NCBI GenBank assembly: GCA_036172245.1
Contig: JAYWIR010000002.1
Location: 4,588,001-4,652,000 of the forward strand
DNA: 64,000 nt
Direction: 5' to 3'
From: Raillietiella orientalis
Taxonomy: Eukaryota
The notes beneath the pieces were generated by a model. That model searched no databases, was not told where the DNA came from, and saw nothing but the letters and a program-made list of their open reading frames with translations. Position 1 is the stretch's first letter, and each line of letters opens with the position of its first letter. Shown here piece by piece: positions 13,500 to 26,299 of the stretch. Both the position numbers and the translations under genes were made by a program.

Positions 13500-14300
13500 T
13501 GGGGCTGGAAATTATAAGAGAAAACGGAACTTGCATGCGGAGGAGTGGCAAGTTGTCAGACAGCGTCCAGCCTCAATGGATGGGAGGAAGAAAGCTAAAG
13601 GACATATTTCGGTGAGTAAAATGGCGGCAAAGTTCCAAGTGCCCAACAACATCGTGAGAACATTTTGCGTTCATCAGAGACTCAAAGAACTCAGGAGCAA
13701 ATTTGAGAAAGCACGAAAACGCAAATGCAGCACTGATTGGAAGAGTGCATGACCTGTGTTGTTCAGAGAGCTGCTTCCCAGAGAGTCGACCACTGTGATG
13801 ATTCGTCCCAAGGGAACAAGGAAGTTCAGGCGAGCAGCAGGATGCAAGCAGGAGGACATTCATAGAGACGCAGCCCATCTGGCAGGACAGATGGACTTTA
13901 CCAGGAGGCAAGCGCATGTGCATGGGAGAAAAAGCGAATCGAATTGCTGACATGCACGAAGGCGGTGAGAAACTGACTGCTCCATTGCTGCTTCCCAACC
14001 AGTTATTTCTGCCCGCCTTCCGTCTTTATCGGGAACATGAATTCTGTACGGTAGATATGAGCATGTGTTTTGACCCTGCGCGCAATGCACCTGTGACAGC
14101 TCATGACTCATGATCAAAGCACGTGTTATCCAGGGTTTACCGCAAATCTGAAATTGAGCCACATATCGGAAATCTTTGGGATCAGAACAACTCTAAACAA
14201 AGAAATGGAAGCTCGAGTGAGAGGCAGCAGAAACGTTGTAGTATTAGACCTGGTCTCGAGAATCTCAGATTACTTTGGAAGAGAAAAGAACTAGTGGAGC
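13500..14300 (+). mobile_element. Decayed pogo/Tigger (CENP-B-like) transposase
   Basis: Ordered motifs KRKRNLHAEE..ISVSKMAAKFQVPNNIVRT (HTH), ARKRK..VLFR, GEKANRIAD, YREHEFCTVDMSMCF (~Y..xDIFNxDETGLF), RNVVVLD (~RKVLLLLD). Stops and frameshifts present. Confidence 0.5.
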
Positions 14301-16281
14301 CAAAGGCATAAAGGGTATTTTGTACTCTGCTGGCGCTGCTGAAGATGTAATCACAGAATCCTCTCAGTCTTCTCTTATTCATTTTTGATGATGATTCCAA
14401 CATCTTTAGCGAGAGATTTTGGAATGTGTTGAACCTCTTAAAGCGAAATGAATATGAAAGCTCTCTTCTAAAAGGGCTGCGTGATTTCTCGAATTTTCCT
14501 GTTGCCTTTCGAGAAGAGCAGCACTTGATGAAAAGTCTGTTACATTTCCAAACCATTCTTTGTCACCGATGGTCCTCTAGCAGGCCTCATCCTTTGAACT
14601 CATTTTTTCCTTTCATAAGACGATGTGTGTGCGAGTAACCACATTAGACTTCGATCACTTGAATAATCCTATTTTCTACCCCAATTGTCCCGTCACATGT
14701 TCCATTTGAAGACTGCGGATGCCAACGAATAACGAAACCTCGTGTTGTCGTTGGCAGCCAGGTAAAAGGTGCTTCATTTTGGATTCCATTTTCATCATGA
14801 TTTTTAAATTTTTCATTACTTCATCTTAGCTAATTGATTCTCCTGTCTTACCCAACACACCGAACCAGCATGTAAGCCTAAAGCATAATAGGAAAGGAAG
14901 TTTCTCATCCGGAGCGGGAGATCTGGGAACCATGCCTCTTCTTCGCTCTCGTTTTGACCACAAAGGTGGAAACGCTCTCTCTTTCCGAACTTCTCTTCGA
15001 AGCATCACTCTGCGGCACGCTGAGTTTGTTCGTTCCAGAACTGTGGATTCACGCCTCCCTTGCAAGATCGGAAACCCGAGATGCCTTTCAGACCTCCTAT
15101 TATTCAAACGGTGTATCTCGTCATTAAGTGCCATGTCATCAAGAGTTGAGCTCATTCCATCATATTGTATTCTACACTAAACTATCGCTCAAGAGATCCG
15201 ATCTCCGATGAAGAGATCCCAGTACGTGGGGTGCGTGGATGTCATGACGACGTGTCTACAAGGCTGGAGTGAATGAGTGTGCGAAGCTGCTTCCCAGATG
15301 GAAGCACATGCCCGAAAGCTACCAGGCTCTCTGATCTCATATGACCACCAAGCATTCTTAGCGCGTTTTTGAGAGCGGACATCGGGACCTAGAAAACCCA
15401 CGTCACTCGCGTCTGTACGAACACTCGTAAAGAATAAGGGATTTACTCAGTTTCCAAAGGAGTGCGAAACCGTCCTGAGGAAGACGGCATTCACATCCCA
15501 AGAAAATGATGATCTGAAGAGAATAGGTGAAGACGTAGGATGATCGAGAATCGTCTAAAGGGAGAGAAAGAATAGAGCCAAGGAGTGAGAAAACTTGGAT
15601 ATCAAAAAAGACTGTCTCGACCTACCGGACGAAAAGAAAAGTAACTGATCGAGATGACAAGAAATCATGAGAGCAGGGACAGAAAGAAATCAGGCAGCCC
15701 AGATGATGCAGAGGACGAAGTCTGTCTCTCTTGAGCGAAATCTTAAGTTCCGTTCAAGAAGTTCGAGATATTCGATTCGGATTGAGGAGAAGAAGAAGAA
15801 AAAAAATCACACTCACTGCTCTCACTGGAAGTTGTGAAATGGACCAGGTTATCTTTAGGTATGTACCTAGAAAGAGTTTCCAGGAAGCTGGAAAGCGCGC
15901 GTTTACAATTCGTAGCTTTCGCCGAAACGATCTTCTTGGTTTGTCCTCGGCCGAAGGCAGTGGTAACTCCGCGAAGCTTCGTAACTGTCGATCCTTGGCT
16001 GAGAGGAGCAGAGAACCCTAACCTGCGGGCATCAGGATCAATACGCGTCTGCTCAAAGAGTGCACTCATCCTTAATTTAGTTCTGAGGTGCAGTGCCGTC
16101 TAAAGAACGGGGACGCGGAGATCTATGAAGGACAGCAAAGTCGACAGACATCGTTACGAATGATTTATCAGGGCAAACCTGAGGATACGAGAAAATCCGC
16201 CGAAACTTCGCGTGCCGGAAAGCAGGACTGATCCCGGAATCGAGACTTCGAATCCTCGCGCTTCTGAGTTTCCCAATATTT

Positions 16282-17231
16282 TTAGGATGGTGCAAAAATA
16301 ATTGCAGTTCTATCGTTTCAAGTTGGACGCCGATTTTTCTAGTTACCGTTATCTTTTGTTATAGTCATGCGATACATCATTGTAAACAAACTCGCACTAC
16401 TGATTTCAGCTCATGCCTATTGCTTTCATTCTTTAGCAATGTTAGATGTAACCTCTTCGAGTGATCATGGAAAAAAAAAAACATTCGCTCGATTTTGTGG
16501 TGTGGGTTTCAATTGGGACGTAAAGCAACAGAAATTGGCTCGGAATATCCAATTCGCTTTTGGCGAAGAGTCAATCAGTGAACGTACAGCTCAGCACTGG
16601 TTCCAGGATTTCCGTGATGGAAAGGAAAGCCTTGAGAAGAGTCGCGGACATCCTTCAGCTGTAGACAGTCATGATTTAAGAACCATTACGGAAGCGGACC
16701 CACGTACAAAACAAGTCGAGAGGTGGCAGAGGAACTCCATGTTGATCGTTCAGCAGTTGTCCGGCATTTGAGCCTAATTTGAGCCTAAAACAAAAAAGCT
16801 GGATCAACGGGAGCCGCATGGGCGAAACGGACATCAAGCGATTCGGCGATACGAAGTTTGCTCAGCACTTCTTTTGCGTGACGAAGGCGGTCCCTTTCTC
16901 GATCGCACGGTCACATGTGATGAAAGTGGAATCTCTACGGCAGTCGGCAACGTTCATCACAGTGGCTGGACCGAGGAGGAGCACCCAGACAGTTTCCTGA
17001 ACCTAAAAAGATGATGGTCGCTGTTTGGCGGTCGGCAAGTGGCATCGTGCAACACGACTTCTTAAATCCTGGTGAAACAACAACAGCAGAAAAATATTGT
17101 CAGGAGATTGAAAAAATGCACGAGATGCTGCATCGTTTACGACCAGGATGAGTCAATCGAAGAGGACCACCTGATATATGCGTCTTCATACCCGACACGT
17201 AAAAATCGCAATTGTTTTTGCACCAACCTAA
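16282..17231 (+). mobile_element. mariner transposon (Hsmar1/cecropia-type TIRs), defective and internally deleted
   Basis: TIRs TTAGGATGGTGCAAAAATAATTGCAG (16282) and CGCAATTGTTTTTGCACCAACCTAA (to 17231). Transposase motifs ISERTAQHWFQDFRDG, FLDRTVTCDEKW, KKMMVAVW, LNPGETTTAEKYCQEI. The C-terminal catalytic part is missing. Confidence 0.95.
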
Positions 17232-19235
17232 TTCCTGGGCCTCATTACCGAATCGGAGAAATCAACCAACGGCTGCTGACGTTCACCTCACCCTCACGAA
17301 ATCCTCATTGGAAGCGAGGAGGAGAATCCATCGATCTCTTACCGAGGGGACACGAGGAAAAAACCGTCTCCCAGACTCGGAACACCAGGTGAGACAGCTC
17401 GTTACTGGAAGTGTGCCGCTCTCAAGAACGGGAGGCATCGTCTGGGACAGCTTGTTCGGATCTTGAACACTGTGGAACGGTGAAAACTTTTGGAAACTTT
17501 CGAGAGGCAGGAGAAAAATTGAGGATTCCATAAGAAAACAACGTAGCAGTGCGTATTCCCAACGTGCTTCATTACACACCATGCTTACGTAACCAACCTC
17601 AGAATAATATGAAAACACATGATGACTGCATATGGGTAACCAAAGACCACAGGACACAGTTAAACAACCACAAAACAACCTGCAGCCCATATACTTCAAT
17701 CTTCCCTCTCATTCGGACCTGTTGCTTCGTGAAACCATCCATGCTTAGCGAACCTAACGGCCCTTCTATTCCTGCCAGCAACCATCAGGCAACGACTAGC
17801 GCCTCAGTACTCACCGGTCCTAGAGACTGAGGCTGGACGCCAAAAGGAAAGTGAGGCAATCACAGCGGCACCACAGAGGAATAGGTGGCGTGCAATCTGC
17901 TCCTCAACGACCCTTTGATCTCTTTCCAGCCAGAAGCCTCCGTTGTTCCATCGTTGTTTGTCTCGCGTGAAAAATCAGCATTCCACCCTTGAAGCTTCCA
18001 TCCGTCAGCAGTCTTTTCCTTGCAGGGGCATTCGGTTATTCGGGGGAACAAGCCATCCCGGTCATCTCCGAAAATGAAAAGTTGAAGTTACACCACCTGT
18101 CACCATTGAGCAGACCGTGGTCTTGCCAAGAGTGGTCAGGAATGCGAAGTTGCGCATGTGTGGTTCACGCGCATGAGGTTCTTCGTTAGGCATGACGATT
18201 TCCTGCAAATTGCTGCCGATCCTAATTAAATTAGCAATTAGACTGGGGAAGGTGGCACGAAGACCAAGAATTTATGGCTGCCGCTTTTTCTGTGAAGGTT
18301 TCCGTGGAGATTTCCCAACTTTTGGGTCACGTTCTCCGGTTTGAAGGCCTCTGACCACTAGCCTGCAAATCACAGATCGAGCCATGGGGACGAATCCCCA
18401 CTCTGGGTGTCGCGCCTACTGAAAGATGAACTCAGGGAGGATCGCTGGTTATTTCTTTCCAATAAAGCGGGAAAAATGCTGCAAAAGCAGTTTGCAGAGC
18501 TTCGAAGCCTCTCGCGAAGGAAGTGCAGGAAGGAAATCTCCAAGCGAAAGCGAAGCTGTCGAACTTCCCACGCTTATTCCGTCCACGGGAGGGGGAAGGG
18601 GGGAGGGGGAAGAAAAAAAAACGTACATCGACCAACTTTGAAAGTTGCAACGGACTTGACCACGGAAGAAATCTATCGAATCTTGAAAAGGGATCGAAGC
18701 CGGGGAGTCCTTCGTTCCGTGACGTTCCACCTGAGCCTGGGATCACAGTCATAATCGGGTTGTTGCTGCTGAATCATCATGGCAACTGGAAATTGTGGCC
18801 ACGTGAGGCTCAACGGATGCGATCTTTGTCTGAAGATGTGACAAGCATCCAGATCAAGATGGGAATCTCAAGAGTTCTCTTGGGAATGGATTCATGAGTG
18901 ATTTTCTCCTGGAACTTGCTACACCCTTCCATGATTGCTAAGCTGGAATCCATTTCCAGAAAAAGAACCGCAGCTCCACCATCGTTGCATCTCTCCCCAG
19001 CTTAGCCAGCTGGATGTTCCAGGTGGCTCATCAAGTGCTCCAATTCCCTCAAAATGCAATGTAGTCACATCCAAGAGAAGAGTAATGTCTTTGCCAGGTG
19101 AAACGAAAACCTCTGTTTCAGGAGCGAATACTACTTGTGACCTCCCTTTGGACTTCTGCTTACTATCATGACAGTCCTTCAGAATCGTTAGGTGTCTGCT
19201 TGGCTTTAGAAAGAGACTTTCCAGCGGTGCCAGTC

Positions 19236-20213
19236 AGAATCCTGAAAGATCATAAACATAAATACATATATTTATTATAAGTATTAATGTAGATATTCAT
19301 ATATCGATTACTATATATATAATACTAAAATAAACACATGTGTTTATTATATATATTAATATGTATGTTGATGCATGAATTAACATCTAGATTTATATGA
19401 ATTCTAAAGATGAGAAAAAATAAATTATATGCCTATTATGTATATTGATGTACACGTTTGTTTTTTATATATATGTTAGTTCATTTTATTCCTTATATTA
19501 ATAAATTGCATGTAACAAGAATCTGTTTATTATATATATTTAGTCATATAATAATTTTCTATGGAATGAATATATAAATTTCGAATTATAAACGTATGCA
19601 TTCGTCGAACGATCAAAATCCCGCGAATAGAATTCGCCATTTCCTGAGGAAGTGCCATGCGTTGAGTGTTGGAAATGATGGGAAAATAAAGTGCAGAATT
19701 TCAATTTGTTTGCCTTTTCATGTTTTTCCCACTAATTTTAATTGACACCATTATTTTTTATTTTTTTAAAGTAGATATTTTGCATATTCATTTAATATAT
19801 ATTCATTACATATGTAAATAGATATTAATGTACATAATAAGCATATATATTTATTTTCCTAGTCTTTGATACATATATTAATAATACATTGATACGTGTT
19901 ATTAAGTACATTGATAATATATGTTGATGAATATTAATAATATGTATGTGAAAATAATATTCCTATTAATAGTATGTATGCCAGTAAAAATACTAACAAA
20001 TATATGTGCTTAAAAAGATTATGTATATTAATCCATGTATGAATATATATATTAATATACGGAATAAGCATATATATTTATTTTCTATAATCTTCATAAT
20101 ACATATCAATCTATGCAAAAATACATATATAAATATGTACATACATGTGTATCATGTATGTATTTATTTTTAAGATCTTTCGGGACTCTATCGTTCGGGA
20201 TTTTGATCGTTCG
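19236..20213. mobile_element. AT-rich foldback / non-autonomous DNA transposon-like element
   Basis: Very AT-rich block bounded by a 33-bp inverted repeat (19236-19268 vs 20157-20189, 29/33 match), plus a perfect 18-bp inverted repeat CGAACGATCAAAATCCCG (19606-19623 vs 20196-20213) and an internal direct repeat AATAAGCATATATATTTATTTTC. Confidence 0.65.
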
Positions 20214-21249
20214 GAACCCAAACCACTTGCCAGCACCCTTAAAAACACCTCCGAAAATTCTTTGATCTCCCTTCATTAGGGAGAAAGCAGGGCGGGCACT
20301 GTCCCCCAGGCCACCTTCAGGTTGTCAGAGCAGTGGATGCAGAAGCTTTAATGCAGAGTGAGCGGAAGACGCCAATCAACGCGGCTTGCAGGCTCAGCGC
20401 TCACAGATGCAGGTGGTTCCGAAGGGGTCCAGCACGGGGTTCCTCGAACCTCTGAACCGAGAAACTGAGAAAGGCCCTTCTGAGAGCCCAAGCAAGGAGG
20501 ACCTTCCTCTCGGGAAAGGATTTTGTGTTCGGCGGAATCAGCGGTGCAGAGCCGGCCCTGCCCAGGGGGAGACCGGACGGCACGACAAACCGAAAGCCGA
20601 CCAAGGAAGGCACGAATGGAAAGCGCAGGGCGTGCCCTGAAGAGGCAAGAGCGTGAGGCGAAAGAACCGAGAAACCTGCCTGACCCAACGGAGTTCTCGT
20701 CATTCCCTGCTGAGGATCTTCGTGATTTCTAGAACGTTTCTAAGATTCTCTGGCTGGTACCTTGGTCGCTGCCGATGGCCAGATGTGCTCTTTCGACCAA
20801 TGATGAGCAGATGCAGAGCAGATTTCGGTCGCTATACAGCGATTTCTAAAGTTAAACAGCTGGCTCCAACAACATGAGCACAAACGGAAACCTAGGAAAC
20901 TAGAGGGATAACTTTGCTCTTTGTGCTTGCTGATTCCAGAGGGGGGGGGGGAGGATTCGAATGTGTTCCCCTCGGCATCTCCTGAATCTTCAGTATGCGG
21001 ATGTCGGCCCTGTTGCTCAGGATTTCCCCTGCCCTGACTGCCACTGGCCATGTCGGTCTCAATGAGCTTGCTCATGCAGAAAGACACGTCCTGTTTGCTT
21101 AGGTCACTCCATTGTATCTTGAGCCTCTTTGGAATGGGATCAAAAGACGTGGTGTTTGGGCGCCCAATGTGATGTTTTAAACAGTAAAGGTAAACAGTAA
21201 GGCCATCAGCGACCTCACGAAGAGATCGTTGCTGTTGGCCTAGGATGAT

Positions 21250-22104
21250 GGCAATCCTTTTGGGGTATTCTGTTAGGCTGTTTTCCTTCTAGCTCTTTTT
21301 TTTTTTTTTTTTTTTTTTAAGGGAGGTGGCGATCTTTTTGGGGGGTTCGCCAAGTGCATAAGAATCGTTCGCCCAGGGTCTCACGAAGTTCTTTGGCAAT
21401 GTCCATGCCACCCGAGAGTGCGTGTTAACTCTTGAAGTTAGGGGGTACCATATGAATAAGGGACCACCCTATGAATCCAGAGGGAGGAGAAAGGGGTCCA
21501 TTCCTCTCGCGCTTGGGAGGGAACTTCGAAGAGGACCTTTTCCTTCTTCCCTCAGCAAGGACCCCTAGCAGGGGGCCACTTTTCGTTTCTTCTCCGAGGG
21601 GAACCCGGAAAGGATCAGCTTCTGGAATTTTTTCCCCGCAAGGGAAGCGCCCTTTCTTTCCTCCTCCTCTGAAGAGAACACCGAAGGGGTGAAACCAAAT
21701 TTCTCTTGAAGGGGCGCTCCCCGAAGGGATCAGCGCACTTCTGACACTCTGGAGAGGCTAGCTCCAAAGGGAAGTATGTTAACCAGCTCCATGGAACGCC
21801 TCCATTTCCACAAACGGAAGGGAACCCCGAAGGGTTCTCTGATTCTTGGAAGGACCTCGGAAGGTCAACTTCCAATCCCGGTGACCAGTCAAAGAAGGGA
21901 CCCGATGGTTTCTGGCTTCCACCAGCTGCGCACCCGAAGTCAGCCAAGGCTAAGCAGCGTCATCTTGAGGGGAAAATCCAAACCCACGACGCACTCATTT
22001 CTCGGCGTCCATTCTCCACGCGGAGATTTCGAACCCGTCATTCGAACCCGCGACGCTTTGGTACCACGCGCGGAGACCGCAGCTACACGGCAGCCGCCAG
22101 CGCG
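21250..22104 (-). mobile_element. tRNA-derived SINE, full length, empty target site
   Basis: Head GGCTGCCGTGTAGCTGCGGTCTCCGCGCGTGGTACCAAAGCGTCGCGGGTTCGAA (B box locally duplicated), tandem body, and an A-run (T-run at 21296-21318 on +) near the tail. Confidence 0.85.
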
Positions 22105-22859
22105 CGTCCGCGTGATGTTTTAAGGAAGACAGGGCCAAGTCAACTCGGAAGGTTTCCACAAGTTTAGTTGTCCTCTTCCTGATCCTCTACCCCTTTGCCC
22201 GCAGCTTTTCAGTTACTCAAATGTCCAAGCGATTTTTATAACGGGCAGCGGTCAGTTTTCCAATGACTTGTCATTTTGGCGGCAGCATCCTCAAGCATTC
22301 CATCTGCTGCAGCTTCTCTTGTGCCTTCCGCAGGTTCGTTCTCGTCCGTCGCTTCAGCATACGATTTTGAGCTCCACGATATTTGGTGCTGGGATGTCCT
22401 TCGAAACCAAGGGTGCGCAGGGTCTCTTCTTTTGTCGAAACTCCAGTTGCGTGGGCTAATACGAAGAGATGCTTCTTCCCGGCTTTTTAAGGTGGAGGAG
22501 TCTTTTTTAAGGGAGTCGGATCCAGCTCTTGTCTTGACTTTGTCCAAAGCTTCCAGAAACAAGCTGCATTCTTTGCTCTCCGAATAGCAAGAGTGAGTAG
22601 GTAGATCAAAGAGGTGACCTCTGGCTTCTTCCCTCGAATGCAATTTGGAGCCCTGATCTTGATCCCGCAGCTGAGGACTGTGCCGAGGAGTTTGGCCTGA
22701 CGCGCCGATCGGAGGTGGTTTCCTAGGCAGCCTCGAAGCTTTCCATAGATGCAGAGCGAATAATTTTGCTGATAGTGATTGCATCCATGGTCCATCACCA
22801 ACGCGCACACGGAAACAGGATGGCTTTCTCTCATACGTGTATTCAACACCCCTTTCCTA

Positions 22860-23105
22860 TAATTCTTGCCAGATTGCCTTCCTTGTTCTCTCCGGATGAG
22901 TTCTCCGGGTGGAGGACAGATCCTTGTTCTTTCTCCGGAGGGGACCTGCAAAGCAAGGAGCGGTTGCTCCTTGCTTTGCTCCTCTGAAGAGGACCCTGGA
23001 GGGACACTTCCAAATTTTCTCTGAAGAACTCTCCCCGAAGGGAGCATCGCCTTTGTGACCCTCTGGGGAGGTATCGACCAACCAGCTCCATCATACCACG
23101 ATGGA
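22860..23105 (-). mobile_element. SINE body fragment
   Basis: CCTCTGAAGAGGACCC..CTCCCCGAAGGGAGC..ACCAGCTCCAT shared with other copies. Confidence 0.75.
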
Positions 23106-23149
23106 ATGTGCACCCCCTATCGAGAGAAGAGAGAGCGAAATTGCATGAT

Positions 23150-25400
23150 AGATATCTTGCCATTTAGTCCTCCTCTCACGAGAACATCTCGACCGTCCTC
23201 ACCTGCTATGCGGTGCTTCTTTCTGGAGCACCCAAGGCCGGCACATCCTCCGGGAAAGTCATAGTCACCGCTAAGCTCTCCATGCCTCGGACCGCACGTT
23301 CACAGGCAGACAGAAAAGATCCCCTTATCAAATCCTCTCAGGCTCACATCCTTGGATGAGTCCCGTCCACTCTGTGCATCCCGAAGTGATGATTTTCTTT
23401 CCCGGAACGTGTGCAATTTGAAACTCCTTCTCCGAAGAGTCGCCCTGCACCAGAAGGGGGGAAGGCAGTTTCGCACTGCGAGACATTCGCCAAACGTGAA
23501 CCCAGAACGAGGGGTCATGTTGTGCCGGAGCACTCGGGTGGGGTCGCGTGCACGGACGCGTGAAACACACCCGAGACACGGTCTCGAAAGATTCGCTCTG
23601 CGGTCAGGGACGGGGCGAAGGCAGTCAAAAGGGTAAGGACGAGGCAGAGCGCTCGTGGGTGAGTAGCAAAGAGTTTTGGGGTGAGGGTCTGTGGGGAACG
23701 CTAGCAGCTGGAAGGTGGAGAAAGAGGAAGAGGAAAGGAAGAAGAGACCGAAGGAAATCGACTTCCAGGAGCTCTCGAGACGGCAGCAACCGCACCGGTG
23801 GGAAGCCAGCAGGAGTCTCTCTGGGGGACTAAGCGAAGGTGAATCCGGAAGGATGGACGGAAAGGCGTGGAATCGGAGAGGGCAGGAGGGAGGGACACCG
23901 CGCGCGTTCCGCGCAGGGGAAGGGAAGACGCTTCTCTCCCGTTGAGGGACGAACGCTTCGAGGGAAAGCCCCACAACGGTCACACGCGCGGCTGGTCACC
24001 TCGCGTTCGCTGCCGCATCCGCCAGCCCGATGCACATGGACGGGAAGCGATGCGAACCCATCTCCAGCGGCATGCACCGGCGTGCGGCGAGAAGGTGATG
24101 CGTGACCAGTGATGGCAATGACGATGCACTGTGGTCTCCATCGGAGGAGCTGCCCAGATTCACCCCCCTCTCCTCCCTCCCTCTGTAGCCGACTTGGCAG
24201 CCACCACGATCAGGAAGTCTCGGTGAGAGGAAGTGGATCCGAAGCGCCTCCACTCGTCTGTGCACGAAAGGGAAGATCGGTCGGCAGGGTCGTGTGCAAT
24301 TCCGCAGTGGACACACTCGTGGGCCCTGGAGCGTTCCTGACCGTGGCCGAGGTCACCACGGAAAACGGGAGCGCCGCAGGGGGAAACGGACTTCACGGCT
24401 TTGCTTCGGTTTCCCGGACGCAACGCTCCCGTGGGGAGCCACGCTTGGATCATTGCCAAGTCCGCGGCAGTCCTTCTTGCGCGCCTTGCAGCTTCGATGC
24501 GCGCAGCTGCGTGCGCGCGCGCCACGGATTCGGGATCGCCCGTAGGAGGGAGGGAAGCCACCGTAGCCTGAAGGACGCTGGCGCGCCTCGGAGGGGCAGT
24601 TTGCGGGCGCGGAACCGTCGCGCTCGGCGAACTCGGAATGGCGCGGGTGGGCAGGACCGAGGCAGCCAAGGCGGGAAGGCGGCGACCGGTGAGGCAGCTT
24701 TGTGTGGGATGGAAGAGCAGGGGAGGGGGGGAGAGGGTAAGAACAAGTGGGGGGAGTGCACAGCTGCTCTCATTGTCATCTCGGGGACTCGGCCAAAGGT
24801 ACCATGGGGCCAAGTTTCTGCGTCCCGGTTTCCGTAGGGGGGGAACGCGGACGGAGGGCGTGGCGAGGATGGTGGAGGAAAGATCGAGGCGAGCTGAAGC
24901 AGCAGCAGCGACCAGCCGTGGCTGCAGAAGATGGCCTCCTGAGGTAACCGTGGGACCTTGGACTCCTTCCAAGGCGGTCAGGCGGAGAGCTCCGACGCCC
25001 CCCCGAGAAAGAGCTCAGCTCGTTGGCGGAGACTGCGAAGTGCCGAAGAGGAGGCGGCCGTAAGCACCTACTGCCGTGCGACGGGGAGGGAGGAGGATGC
25101 TTTTTCGCGGTGGCTTTCCGTCGCACCTCCCCCGAAAGAGGCTTCCCTTTTCTTCCCGTGGGGTGCGTTCAGAGACGTGTCGGACAGGGCGCCATCCATC
25201 TCGTCTACTGACGCAGTAGATCGGCTCACGTCGCGGACGGAGGTCTCTTCCCCCTTTCCTCCCCGCAGATGGCGAGCGCCCTGCACGGCGTAGGTCACAT
25301 CGTCCCTGCCCGCGGTGTTTCAGAGTCTGCAGCTGCTGGAAGCCACGCAGCAGTAAAGGAGCCGGGATATGGCCGCCCCCTGCGTCCCGTGGACAGCCCG
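23150..25400 (-). mobile_element. Decayed L1/Tx1 ORF1 and start of ORF2
   Basis: Minus ORF 24160-24972 contains TVASLPP and GHGQERSRAHECVHCGIAH (RRM plus zinc-knuckle-like), followed by a purine-skewed spacer and endonuclease-like debris. Confidence 0.35.
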
Positions 25401-25489
25401 ACACCTTCTTCCCTCGCAGCCCAGAGATCAGGGGAAGACGTTTCGCAGACATGGAGACCATCTCTCCTCCGGTCGCTCGAGCTCCAGAA

Positions 25490-25900
25490 GAACAGCCTGT
25501 CTCTAGGAGTCTTCCCACCCATAGCAGAGAGGGGCAATGGAAGTCTCCGAGGTCCTCTCTTCCCCTTCAGGGAACCCCGGACGTTCATCGTGCCGAAGGG
25601 AGCCAAAGGTTTGTCCAGGTTCCCTCTTGGCGACCTCGCACGTCCCGTCGGGACGTCCGGCGGAAGCATCCGGGAAGAAGGAACTCAATGGCCCTTCGGG
25701 AACAGATGCCCTCCCTCTTGGCCTACTGTCCAGTCAGGGGAGAAAAAGGGAGCTCTCCGGCAGTGGGAGAATTCTCTGACCTCCCTTCTCTTTTCCCCTA
25801 CAAACTCCACACTCCCGAAGGAACCCTCCCGTTCCCTGCGCGGCAGATTGGGATCCTCTCGTGGAGAGGCGCGTTGCCTACGGAAGGACCCGTCTGATCC
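25490..25900 (-). mobile_element. Diverged SINE body fragment
   Basis: Degenerate CCTTCAGGGAACCCCGG / CCGAAGGGAGCC / CCCGAAGGAACCC units like the family body. Confidence 0.45.
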
Positions 25901-26299
25901 GAGAATGTCGCATGATAAGGAGTCGCGCTGTCTCCCCTTCCTTCTTGTCCCCCCCTTTGAGTGGGCCCCAAAGGATCCGAGAGTGAACTCTGCCCGGAGG
26001 CGCCTCAGACTCCTGCCATCTCCTGAGTCTTTGAAAGCCGAACCCGTAGTCTCTTCCTCTGTTCTGCCATTCTCCCCCTCCTCTCCTTCCTAGTGGGTCT
26101 TCTTGGCTCCTCGGAGTTCCCTCCTTATCTCTGGTTGCCTTGACACTCAGCTGGAGAGGGGAGACCGACCTCCCTGGGGACAGAACGAAAGAGGTCAGAG
26201 AAGGCTTGCGAATAGATGAATAGAAAGTAGGGCAGACCGGCTTGATGGCACCGAACGTGATTGGTCTAAGGCCCTGCAGCGCACAGGGAGCGAAGGGGA

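Noticed and set aside
15189-15401. Mutator-like transposase C-terminal motif (HPTYWDLFI)
   Set aside because: The resemblance rests on a few residues and is not enough to call.
21669-21695. Hammerhead ribozyme-like core CTGAAGA...GAAAC in the SINE body
   Set aside because: Stem II pairs poorly, and the GAAA is absent from homologous positions in other copies (22983, 44849, 54769).
24109-26093. Long ORFs (242-274 aa) as real genes
   Set aside because: They overlap on both strands in GC-rich transposon debris, have Arg/Pro/Ser-rich composition and show no host domains.
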